A stretch of 64,000 bases of DNA from NCBI GenBank assembly GCA_044224875.1, contig JBGAJQ010000009.1, positions 32,001-96,000 of the forward strand, in the 5' to 3' direction. This DNA is from Gemmatimonadaceae bacterium (GTDB lineage: Bacteria > Gemmatimonadota > Gemmatimonadetes > Gemmatimonadales > Gemmatimonadaceae). The notes beneath the pieces are model-generated. The model was not told where the DNA came from. It did not search any database and saw only the letters and a program-made list of their open reading frames with translations. The position numbers and the translations under genes are program-made. Shown here in pieces: positions 49,266 through 58,114 of this stretch; the stretch's first letter is position 1, and each line of letters opens with the position of its first letter.

Positions 49266-50543
49266 ATGTCGGACACCCCAACTGATCGAGTCGCGCACCT
49301 GATTGCGCAGGCACGCGATCGTGGGATGATCTCCGACGCACAAGGTGAAGCGATCCTTGCGCTTCAGCTAGAACGCGGGCCGAACGACTCGGCGCGTGTG
49401 GAGGCTTCCCGTGGGTTCAACGTCGTCACCGTCGCGTACGTGCTCGGGGCGATGCTAGTGGTGTTTGCCTTCGGGTGGGTGCTGATTGACCGGTGGCAGA
49501 CACTGGGTGCGCCGGGGGTGATGATCGTGACCCTTGTGTACGTGGTGACATTGTGGGGGTGCGCGCGGTGGCTGGAAGGTCGCGGCTTTCGCCTGGCCGC
49601 GGGAACGGCGCGCATGCTGGCGGTGTCGCTGCTCCCCATCGTGACGTGGGCGGCGCTCTCCATCGGCGGCGTGTGGCCCATCACCGATACGGGAGGCGAT
49701 CCGTTTGCCACCGGCGATCGTGCTGCGGCGATCCGTTGGCTGTTGGTTGACCTGACGGCGCTGGTTGCGGCTGGTGTCGCACTACGCGCGTACCCCCATA
49801 TGGCGATCACCATCCCCGTCACCGTCGCCTTGTGGGCGTTCTGCCTGCACCTGACGCGGTTGATCGGCGGACCCCGGATCTTCCCCCTCCTTGACCGATG
49901 GTTGCTGCTCACCGTTGGGCTGGCGGTGTGCGCGGTCGCCGGCGAGGCCGATCGTTGGCAGCGGAACGCGCGACGGACCGGCCGCACCATCGATGGCGAC
50001 TTTGCCTTCTTCCCCTGGCTTGGCGGTTTGGCGGCGTTTGGCATTGCGTACGTTGCGATCTGGGTACGAGCTGACGGCGGGATGCACGTGCTCCCGGTCG
50101 TCGGCGTTTTCCTGATCGTGATGGCGCTAATCCTCAGGCGCCGCACACATCTCGTCTTTGGACTCCTGGCCGTCTTCGGCTATCTCGCCTATCTCGCGAC
50201 CGAGGTCTTCCGTAACTACCTGTCGCTTCCGGTCATACTCGGTACCACTGGACTGCTATTGATCCTGCTGACGGTCTGGGCCCAGCGTCGATTTCCTGGT
50301 GTGGTCGCGCGGGTGGACGGGGGACGCCAGCACCTCGTCCTTCCGCCGATGGTGACTCGCGGGCCGTTTCTCCTTTCGCTGGGTATCTCGCTGCTGACAT
50401 TGCCCGAGGCCGCCGAGGACCGAACACAGGCGGAGTTCCGGCGAGAGTTCTGGAAGCTGAGGCGCCACAATGACTCACTCCGTGCGGCGCAGCTGCCGGC
50501 GGACAGCGTACGCGGCGCGTCCAAACCCCCAAGGAACCCCTAG
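49266..50543 (+). CDS. Multi-pass membrane protein (DUF2157-like)
   Basis: 'GMISDAQGEAI', 'VAYVLGAMLV'; about 11-12 TM segments. Confidence 0.7.
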   Translation: MSDTPTDRVAHLIAQARDRGMISDAQGEAILALQLERGPNDSARVEASRGFNVVTVAYVLGAMLVVFAFGWVLIDRWQTLGAPGVMIVTLVYVVTLWGCARWLEGRGFRLAAGTARMLAVSLLPIVTWAALSIGGVWPITDTGGDPFATGDRAAAIRWLLVDLTALVAAGVALRAYPHMAITIPVTVALWAFCLHLTRLIGGPRIFPLLDRWLLLTVGLAVCAVAGEADRWQRNARRTGRTIDGDFAFFPWLGGLAAFGIAYVAIWVRADGGMHVLPVVGVFLIVMALILRRRTHLVFGLLAVFGYLAYLATEVFRNYLSLPVILGTTGLLLILLTVWAQRRFPGVVARVDGGRQHLVLPPMVTRGPFLLSLGISLLTLPEAAEDRTQAEFRREFWKLRRHNDSLRAAQLPADSVRGASKPPRNP

Positions 50544-50656
50544 GGTTTGGCGCTCGGGGCCGGGTGCCTCCCGGTTCGACCCACCCTAATCCGGAAGGAA
50601 ACCTTCACCACGCTCCGACGTAGGTAAGCACCACGCTTTCGCCCGGGTTCTTGCCT

Positions 50657-53137
50657 ATGCTTGCCGCCGCTGTCCTCCTGGTCCTGCAGAGTGTCTCGGT
50701 TCGAGTTGGCGACGGCCAAAAGGGTGGGACCAAGCCAGGGACCGAAATGGAGCAGCTGGACTCGATTGCGGAGCGAATTGGCAATCGTGCGAGGAGTCGC
50801 CTTCGCAACGACACGACGGTCCGGCGCGTCGTGCGGCGCACCGTGACCCCAGAACTTGCCGCCAGCGCGTTCTTGGACACGTCTGCGCGCTCGCTGTTGC
50901 TGAGGGCGCGGGAGGCGCGGCTCAAGCAGGACACGACGCTGCTTTCGTACGACGCCAACGCCTATCAGCGTCTTTCGGTCGGCATGGGGTTCCGTGCGTT
51001 CGGCAAGGAGCGACTCCTGCTCCGAACCGAGAACGCATCGCGCGTGCGATGGTCTCGGCGGGCGGGCGCTTACGTCGACCTGAAGGGGCGCAGGACGGTA
51101 TTCCCGATGATCGAAGGGGCGGATGGCGAGGCGGACATGGACGACATCTCGCCCGTTCCGTACTACCCCGGACGCGAAGCCCTGTGGGTCGGGTCGGGGG
51201 TGGCGAAGTCGGAGGTGGACGAGCGCGAGCTGGTGCACCCGCTCGCGTTAGGCGCCGAGGCCTACTATCGCTACGCCTCGGGCGACTCCATCCGTTATAC
51301 GCTTCCTGACGGCAAGATCATCCGGTTAGCCGAGCTGCGCATCGAGCCACGGAGCCCGGAGTGGAAGCTGTCGGTTGGGTCGTTCTGGTTTGACGTCTCC
51401 ACGGCGCAGTTAGTGCGTGCCGCGTACCGTCTGGCGGTTCCGATGGACATCTGGGCGGTGGCCGATGAGGAGATCAAGCGCGACAAGGAGGAATCCAAGG
51501 CGCGCGGCGAGAAGCCGGATCCGGACGACGACATTCCCGGCTGGGTGAAGGGCTTCATGTCGCCGATGCAGGCGCACCTCGAAGGAGTGACGATCGAGTA
51601 CGGGCTCTACGGGGGGCGATTCTGGTTGCCCCGTACACAGTACGCGGAAGGTTGGGCCCGCGCATCGTTCATGCGTATTCCATTCAAGATCGAAGAAAGC
51701 TTCAAGTACGCCGACGTGAATGGCGTGGACACGCTGCCGCCGGTGCCCCAGTCGCGGGGTTCGCTGATGGATTCGCTGTTCGAGAAAGACTACGCGCGGT
51801 GGCGGAACCTGACGCCGGAAGAGCGGCGAGAACGCGCCAAGGTCTACGCGGCCGCGGACTCCGTTCGTCAGGCGCAACAGCAGGCAAGCCGCAAGGAGTC
51901 ATGTGGGGATGCAGCTGGCGCGCGACCGCTCGCCACCTGGTCGCGGCGAGAGACGCGAGGGGAGGGCGCGCTGTCGGTCATGGTGCGCATCCCCTGCGAC
52001 ACCACACTGCTGGTGAACTCGAAGGATCTCCCCGCCTCCATCTACGATCCGGGTGAGGAGCTCTTTGGGCAGGCGGATCGCGACGAACTCATGAAGTCGC
52101 TCGACTTCTCGCTGCAACCAGGGTGGGCGCCGCAGCGACCGGTGGTCACGTATGGACTCTCCCTCACGAGATACAATCGCGTCGAGGGGCTGTCATCCGG
52201 AATTGGCGCAACCATGCAGCTGGGGAAGGGATACTCGCTCGATGCCTTGGCGCGACTGGGTACGGGAGACCTGGTGCCTAACGCCGAATTGGGTGTGGCG
52301 CGGAGCAATGGCAGGATCAACTGGCGCGCCGGTGCGTACCAACGTCTCGCCGTGGCCAGCGACTGGGGTGCCCCGCTCTCGTTTGGCAGCGGGCTCGCCG
52401 CCCTGCTCTACGGGCGTGACGACGGCTTCTACTACCGTTCGCTCGGCGTGGAATTGGAGCGGTCGGCGCTGCGGGGAACCGGGTCGTCGCTCCGGTTGTT
52501 TGCCGAGCGACAGCGCACCGCTACCCCAACGACCACCTTCAACGTCTCGAACTCGTTAGGGGCGTCCACGGAATTCGGGTCGAACATCGTGGCCGAGAAA
52601 GGAACCGCCATGGGGGTTGGCGTACATGACGTTCGTAACGCCGGACTCGATCCAGCGGGATGGCGGCTCTTCTCCGACGTGCGGCTCGAGGGTGGGTGGT
52701 TCGTCCCGAACGATTCGTCGGGTCGCGGGTTCGGCCGAGCGGCCACGGACATCACCGTGTCGCACGGGTTCATTGGCAGCTCGCTGGTCGGTGTGACCGT
52801 TGGCGCGGGCCTCGCCGACAACGTGCCGTCGCAGCGTGAGTTCATTCTTGGCGGCACACATACCGTGCGCGGCCAGCTCGCGGGTACCGAACGCGGCAAC
52901 GCATACTGGCTGGCTCGAGCCGAACTCGCTCCAACGAAAGGTGGAGTACGTCCCGTGCTGTTTGGCGACCTGGGATGGGCCGGCGATCGCTCGAACTTCG
53001 CGCATCCTGGTCGGCCAATGAGTGGTGCGGGAATCGGCGCGTCGTTCCTGGACGGTCTCATCCGTACTGACTTGGCGCGCGGCATATATCCGCGAAAGAA
53101 ATTCCGGTTTGATGTCTATCTGGAGGCGCGCTTCTAG
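50657..53137 (+). CDS. Hypothetical outer-membrane beta-barrel protein with large N-terminal domain
   Basis: Signal-like N-terminus, 'RYNRVEGLS', amphipathic beta strands, 'LGGTHTVRG', C-terminal 'YLEARF' (terminal Phe). Confidence 0.7.
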   Translation: MLAAAVLLVLQSVSVRVGDGQKGGTKPGTEMEQLDSIAERIGNRARSRLRNDTTVRRVVRRTVTPELAASAFLDTSARSLLLRAREARLKQDTTLLSYDANAYQRLSVGMGFRAFGKERLLLRTENASRVRWSRRAGAYVDLKGRRTVFPMIEGADGEADMDDISPVPYYPGREALWVGSGVAKSEVDERELVHPLALGAEAYYRYASGDSIRYTLPDGKIIRLAELRIEPRSPEWKLSVGSFWFDVSTAQLVRAAYRLAVPMDIWAVADEEIKRDKEESKARGEKPDPDDDIPGWVKGFMSPMQAHLEGVTIEYGLYGGRFWLPRTQYAEGWARASFMRIPFKIEESFKYADVNGVDTLPPVPQSRGSLMDSLFEKDYARWRNLTPEERRERAKVYAAADSVRQAQQQASRKESCGDAAGARPLATWSRRETRGEGALSVMVRIPCDTTLLVNSKDLPASIYDPGEELFGQADRDELMKSLDFSLQPGWAPQRPVVTYGLSLTRYNRVEGLSSGIGATMQLGKGYSLDALARLGTGDLVPNAELGVARSNGRINWRAGAYQRLAVASDWGAPLSFGSGLAALLYGRDDGFYYRSLGVELERSALRGTGSSLRLFAERQRTATPTTTFNVSNSLGASTEFGSNIVAEKGTAMGVGVHDVRNAGLDPAGWRLFSDVRLEGGWFVPNDSSGRGFGRAATDITVSHGFIGSSLVGVTVGAGLADNVPSQREFILGGTHTVRGQLAGTERGNAYWLARAELAPTKGGVRPVLFGDLGWAGDRSNFAHPGRPMSGAGIGASFLDGLIRTDLARGIYPRKKFRFDVYLEARF

Positions 53138-53392
53138 CGAGCGAGGTTGCGAACCGTTCAACCTGTCGTTCCGAATACACTGACGTCGGGCTCAGGAATG
53201 CTTTCGCACAGCTTACTGCGAGTGCGGAGAGTTGTTGGTGCTGGCCGGTCATCGATGGTACGGTCGAATGGGCGGTAGTTCGCGACCGGAACGTGCAATC
53301 GATTGCGCTGCTGACTGGAGGCGACCCTTACGCGCGTGGGTTGGAGGTTGCACATTTTTCGCACCCCAAAACCCTAAGTGCGGAGGACGATC

Positions 53393-53776
53393 GTGCTGAG
53401 TGATTTCAAGGCGTTCCTGATGAAGGCCAACGTGGTGGGGTTGTCCCTGGCCGTTATCGTCGGCGGCGCGGCCGGTGCATTAGTCACGGCGATGACGAAC
53501 GACTTCATCATGCCGATCGTCGGCGCAGTGACGCCAGACGGTGATTGGCGGAAGTGGACCTTGGATGTCGGATCGCTGAAGTTCGGCGTTGGGGATTTTG
53601 CCGGCGTGTTCCTGAACTTCGCCATCGTGAGTTTTGTGGCGTGGCAAATCGGCAAGATCTTCATCAAGCCCGAACCGCCAGCTCCACCGCCGCCGCCCAC
53701 CAAGGCGTGCCCCTATTGCAAGATGACGATCGATGCCGCGGCCACGCGCTGCGGACATTGCACCAGTCAGTTGTAG
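53393..53776 (+). CDS. mscL: Large-conductance mechanosensitive channel with C-terminal zinc ribbon
   Basis: GGAGG RBS then GTG; 'DFKAFLMKANVVGLSLAVIVGGA', 'NFAIV'; tail 'CPYC...CGHCTSQL'. Confidence 0.88.
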   Translation: MLSDFKAFLMKANVVGLSLAVIVGGAAGALVTAMTNDFIMPIVGAVTPDGDWRKWTLDVGSLKFGVGDFAGVFLNFAIVSFVAWQIGKIFIKPEPPAPPPPPTKACPYCKMTIDAAATRCGHCTSQL

Positions 53777-53797
53777 TCGGTGTCACCATGAAGGCCC

Positions 53798-53830
53798 GGG
53801 CCTCGCCAATCGGCGAGGCCCTTTTTCTTT
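53798..53830 (+). terminator. Rho-independent terminator after mscL
   Basis: GGGCCTCGCC-AATC-GGCGAGGCCC followed by TTTTTCTTT. Confidence 0.88.
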
Positions 53831-53853
53831 GCTCGCATGACCTGGTGCGCCGA

Positions 53854-55218
53854 TCAGCGCTCGGTATTCGTCGGGATGGATCGGCGTGTCACGCGTGTGA
53901 TCGCATACAGAACCGAACCAGCCACCACCATCGCGGCCACGGCCAGTAGTTCGTCGCGTTGCGTGGCAAACAACAGTGCGATCATGACGAGTGACGCCAC
54001 GACGGGAATCGCCGTGCCGAACGGCAGCACAAAAGGCGTGCCCATCAACTGGACCCCGCGGCGTCGCAGCTGAATGGTGGCCAGCGTGCAGACGAGATAG
54101 ACCACGAGGGTGGAAACGGACGACACGATGGCCAACCACTCGAACGACCTCGTCAGCACCAACGCCGCCACCAGGGCGGCGTGCAGCCAGATGGCGACGT
54201 GTGGTGTGTGATGGGTGGCGTGAACGCGGGCCACGGATTTCGGGAGGAAGCCGTCCCTCGCCATGGCATACAGGATCCGCGGTGCCGAGAGCAGCTCGCC
54301 AAGCAGGTACGACAATGGCGCCACGATCATCGCGAACAGCACCAGCTGCCGCCCGACCCCACCAATACGGCTGGCGGCCATGTCGGCGATCGGCGCGGCG
54401 CGTTGCTGCGCCAGCTGGTCGCCCAGGACACCCTGCGCAACGACATGTGTCGCCAGGTAGAGGAAGGTGACGATCCCCAGCGCGAGCATCACCGCGCGAG
54501 GCACCGAACGGGTGGGATCCGCGACCTCTCCGCTGGCCAGCAACGCATTCTCGATGCCGGCAAAGAGGAAGATCACCAGGAAGATGGAGTGCCCAAAGGT
54601 CGCCGTTCCCGGCCATTGCCCAACCGTCAGGTTCGACCATGCAATTCCGCCTACGCCGGTCACGAGGATCACGGCCAATGGCGCCAGCTTCACGATCGTG
54701 ACCCCTTCCACCAGTCGTGCCGATCGCCGCACGCCGCGCACGTTCAGCGCGGCCATCACGGCAAGAATCAGGATCACCAGCAGCGCGTGGGGCACCGGTT
54801 CGTTCACGACGGGTGCCAGGTCGCTCAATCCGCGAAACAGCAGCTGCATCACGGAGGCCGCACCCAGCGCCAAGCCGCCGGCGTACAGCAGCCAGCCCAA
54901 CAGGAAGGCGGCGAACGGCCCGAAGACCTGCTCCACCCATGCATACGACCCGCCGGAGGACGGCACACGGCTACCCGCCTCGGCAAAGCATAGCACCACA
55001 AGCGTCATGAGGGCGGCGCACGCCAGGTACGACACAATCGCCCAGCGCCCCACCTCGGCGGCGATCAACGCCGGCACCACATACACGGTGGTGCCGATCG
55101 TCAGGTTCACCGCATTGAACGTCAGCGCGCGCGCATCGATCGCGCGGATCAGTGCGCCCCGCTCGCCGCTCGCCGAGGACTCGGTTGGTGCGTTCAGACG
55201 CTGATCTCGCCCGTGCAC
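53854..55218 (-). CDS. APC family amino acid permease (start uncertain)
   Basis: 'VNLTIGTTVY', 'CFAEAGSRVPSSGGSY', 'SGEVADP.RSVPRA', 'PRILYAMARDGFLP'. Confidence 0.9.
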   Translation of the reverse strand: MHGRDQRLNAPTESSASGERGALIRAIDARALTFNAVNLTIGTTVYVVPALIAAEVGRWAIVSYLACAALMTLVVLCFAEAGSRVPSSGGSYAWVEQVFGPFAAFLLGWLLYAGGLALGAASVMQLLFRGLSDLAPVVNEPVPHALLVILILAVMAALNVRGVRRSARLVEGVTIVKLAPLAVILVTGVGGIAWSNLTVGQWPGTATFGHSIFLVIFLFAGIENALLASGEVADPTRSVPRAVMLALGIVTFLYLATHVVAQGVLGDQLAQQRAAPIADMAASRIGGVGRQLVLFAMIVAPLSYLLGELLSAPRILYAMARDGFLPKSVARVHATHHTPHVAIWLHAALVAALVLTRSFEWLAIVSSVSTLVVYLVCTLATIQLRRRGVQLMGTPFVLPFGTAIPVVASLVMIALLFATQRDELLAVAAMVVAGSVLYAITRVTRRSIPTNTER

Positions 55219-56105
55219 ACCATTACGGTGGAGCCACCCACTCGCACTCCGGTAATGGCGCCGTCCTTCTTGTCTGTCTCCACATGCAGGATGCTGGGAC
55301 GTCCCATTTCAAAGCCCTGTTCCACCACCCAGCGCAGCGTTCCCGTGGCCGTGTCTGACCGCATGCCCAGGTAGCCACCTAACGCGGCACAGGCGGATCC
55401 CGTGGCCGGATCCTCGATCACATTCACACTGGGTCCGAACATCCGCGCCCGTACATCGGAACCCGGGCGTTCACCGTCCAACGCCATCAGGAAGATCATG
55501 TCGCCGTCCTTGCCGGCCAGGTACTTCTCCCAAGGATCCAGACGCAGTCGTGCACGGCGAACGGCGTCCCGGTTGCGGAGCGTCACGATCGTGAACGGCA
55601 GTCCGCAGGACACCAGCTGCGGGTGGTATTTGCCTTCCAGCACGTCGTCGGCGGCGAGCGACAGCATTTCAGCGAACGCGTGACGGTCCGGCGACGGCGG
55701 GCCGATCTCTGGCAGCTTGGCGACCGACAGTTGCGCGAAGACCGGCTGACCATGCTCCGAACGAATCTTCACCTGCACAGGTCCAACGCCCTCCTCGAGG
55801 ACGATGCGCGTCTCGTCGCCTGTGAGCGGGATCTCTCCAATGGCCGCCAACGCGTGAGCCGTACCGACCGTCGGATGACCGGCGAACGGCACCTCGCCAC
55901 CGGGAGTGAAGATGCGGACCCGTCGCGTGTTGGCCGGCGACTCCGGAGGCAACACGAAAGTGGACTCACTGTAGTTGAACTCTCGCGTGATGTTGAGCAT
56001 CTGCTCGCTGGAGAGTCCGCGTGCATCCGGAAGCACGGCGAGTTGATTCCCGCCGAATCGCTCGTTGGCGAAGACGTCGCAGGTGTAGTAGCGATAGGTG
56101 GTCAT
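55194..56105 (-). CDS. PhzF family isomerase/epimerase
   Basis: 'DVF...FGGNQLAV', 'NYSESTF', 'EVPFAGHPT', 'EDPATGSA', 'EQGFEMGRPS'. Confidence 0.92.
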   Translation of the reverse strand: MTTYRYYTCDVFANERFGGNQLAVLPDARGLSSEQMLNITREFNYSESTFVLPPESPANTRRVRIFTPGGEVPFAGHPTVGTAHALAAIGEIPLTGDETRIVLEEGVGPVQVKIRSEHGQPVFAQLSVAKLPEIGPPSPDRHAFAEMLSLAADDVLEGKYHPQLVSCGLPFTIVTLRNRDAVRRARLRLDPWEKYLAGKDGDMIFLMALDGERPGSDVRARMFGPSVNVIEDPATGSACAALGGYLGMRSDTATGTLRWVVEQGFEMGRPSILHVETDKKDGAITGVRVGGSTVMVCTGEISV

Positions 56106-56150
56106 GGCGAGGGAGTCTGTGGTGCCGCAATCTGCTCCGCAATGTCACCC

Positions 56151-56195
56151 AAAAAGAAACCGCCGCATCCGATTCGTTGGAAACGGATGCGGCGG
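56151..56195 (-). terminator. Rho-independent terminator after pruA
   Basis: CCGCCGCATCCG...CGGATGCGGCGG 12-bp stem followed by TTTCTTTTT on the minus strand. Confidence 0.82.
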
Positions 56196-56221
56196 ATGTG
56201 TTCGACTGGTCCGGAGCGTGT

Positions 56222-57922
56222 CTACTCTTCGCCCATGAACGGATACTTGTGGTCCGTCGGCGGAACGAACGTCTCCTTGATGCTTCGCTGACTGACCCAG
56301 CGCAGCAGGTTCAACTTCGAGCCCGCCTTGTCGTTCGTACCCGATGCACGCGCTCCACCGAACGGCTGCTGGCCCACCACCGCTCCCGTGGGCTTGTCGT
56401 TCACATAGAAGTTGCCGGCGGCATTGCGAAGGGTGATCATCGCGTCGCGCACACCTTGCCGGTCCTTGGAGAAAATCGCGCCGGTAAGTGCATACGGTGA
56501 CGTTGCGTCCACGGTCGCCAACGTCTCCATCCACTTGGCGTCGTCGTACACGAAGGTCGTCACGACGGGGCCAAAGATCTCCTCGCACATGAGGCGATAG
56601 TCGGCCGACGGCGCCTCGATCAGCGTGGGTTCGATGAAGTAGCCTTCGTCGCCCTTGGCACCCCCACCGGCAAGCACGCGAGCGTTCTTCTTCGCATCGC
56701 CGAGATACTCGCTGATCTTGTCGAACGCCTTCTTGTCGATGACGGCGGACATGAAGTTGCGGAAGTCGCGTGGGTCGCCCATGCGAATCTCCTTCATGAT
56801 CGCCGTGGTGCGATCGCGCACTTCGCTCCACATGGACTTCGGCACGTACACGCGGCTGGCCGCGGAGCACTTCTGTCCCTGGTACTCGAACCCACCGCGC
56901 GCGATCGCCACGGCCACGGCTGTTGGATCTGCCGACGGATGCGCAACGATGAAGTCCTTTCCGCCTGTCTCACCAACGATGCGCGGATAGGTACGATACC
57001 GTCCCATGTTCGCGCCAATCGTCTTCCACATACCGTTGAAGACGCCGGTGCTACCGGTGAAGTGCACGCCGGCCAAGTCACGATGCGAGAGCAGCTGGTC
57101 CGAGATCATTGACGAGTCGCCGGGGACAAAGTTGATGACGCCCGGCGGCAGCCCCGCTTCTTCCAGCAGCTTAAACACGTAGTAGCCCGCCAACATCGCG
57201 GTCGCGGCCGGCTTCCAGATCACCGTGTTGCCCATCATGGCCGGCGTGCCCGCCAGGTTCCCGCCGATGGCCGTGAAGTTGAACGGCGAGATGGCGTAGA
57301 TGAAACCTTCCAACGGGCGATGGTCCGTCATGTTCCAGATGCCCGGGCTGGACGCCGGCTGCTCGGCGTACAGCTCCTGCGCGAACTGGGCGTTCACTCG
57401 GTAGAAGTCGATCAGCTCGCACGCGGCATCGATCTCGGCCTGGAAGACCGTCTTCGACTGGCCGAGCATCGTGGCGGCGTTCAGTGTGTCGCGCCACGTG
57501 GTAGCCAGCAACTCGGCGGCACGAAGAAACACGGCGACTCGATCTTCCCATGGCCAATTCGCCCACTCGCGCCGCGCTTCCGCGGCCGCGGCGATTGCCA
57601 TCTGCACGTGCTCTGGCGTCGCCTTGTGATAGTCGGCCAGCACGTGCGAGTGCTTGTGCGGCATCACCGAATGGCCGAGTTCTCCCGACCGATATTCCTT
57701 CCCGCCGATGACGATGGGAATCTCGACCCGTTCGCTGGCCATGGAAGCCAAGCGGGCCTTGAGCGACGTTTTTTCTGGTGAGCCCGGTGCATACGACTTG
57801 ATGGGCTCATTGTAGGCGGCTGGAACGCGTCGAACGCCGTTAAAGCCGGGGAGACCAAGAGAGGCGGAGGCGGGAGTTCCGCCCGTCTGAGTGGTCGCGG
57901 AACGATCTGCCGTGGTGGCCAT
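56222..57922 (-). CDS. pruA: L-glutamate gamma-semialdehyde (P5C) dehydrogenase
   Basis: 'NEPIKSYAPGS', 'TMLGQSKT', 'PFNFTAI', 'GETGGKDF', catalytic 'YQGQKCSA', 'GTNDKAGS'. Confidence 0.92.
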   Translation of the reverse strand: MATTADRSATTQTGGTPASASLGLPGFNGVRRVPAAYNEPIKSYAPGSPEKTSLKARLASMASERVEIPIVIGGKEYRSGELGHSVMPHKHSHVLADYHKATPEHVQMAIAAAAEARREWANWPWEDRVAVFLRAAELLATTWRDTLNAATMLGQSKTVFQAEIDAACELIDFYRVNAQFAQELYAEQPASSPGIWNMTDHRPLEGFIYAISPFNFTAIGGNLAGTPAMMGNTVIWKPAATAMLAGYYVFKLLEEAGLPPGVINFVPGDSSMISDQLLSHRDLAGVHFTGSTGVFNGMWKTIGANMGRYRTYPRIVGETGGKDFIVAHPSADPTAVAVAIARGGFEYQGQKCSAASRVYVPKSMWSEVRDRTTAIMKEIRMGDPRDFRNFMSAVIDKKAFDKISEYLGDAKKNARVLAGGGAKGDEGYFIEPTLIEAPSADYRLMCEEIFGPVVTTFVYDDAKWMETLATVDATSPYALTGAIFSKDRQGVRDAMITLRNAAGNFYVNDKPTGAVVGQQPFGGARASGTNDKAGSKLNLLRWVSQRSIKETFVPPTDHKYPFMGEE

Positions 57923-58114
57923 AGAGGCAGTGACTGGAGGAACGGGCAAAAGGAGGGACCTTCAATCTAGCCCGCGCGCTCCCGGCACTCCATGACCGAG
58001 TTCCGCGGAGATGGCGGCCCGATGACCGCGACCTCCCGAAACGCGGCGACCTTGACGGGGGTACGCCGCGGGCGAGTGTTTCAAAAGCACGTGAACCCGA
58101 CTTCCGAGGCCTGA

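Noticed and set aside
50560..50600. GGTTCGACCC resembling a tRNA T-loop
   Set aside because: The flanks do not form a T-stem, acceptor stem or anticodon arm.
55194..56105. PhzF gene as evidence for phenazine biosynthesis
   Set aside because: No phzA/B/D/E/G genes nearby; stand-alone PhzF-like isomerases are widespread, and this one sits with an amino acid permease and pruA.
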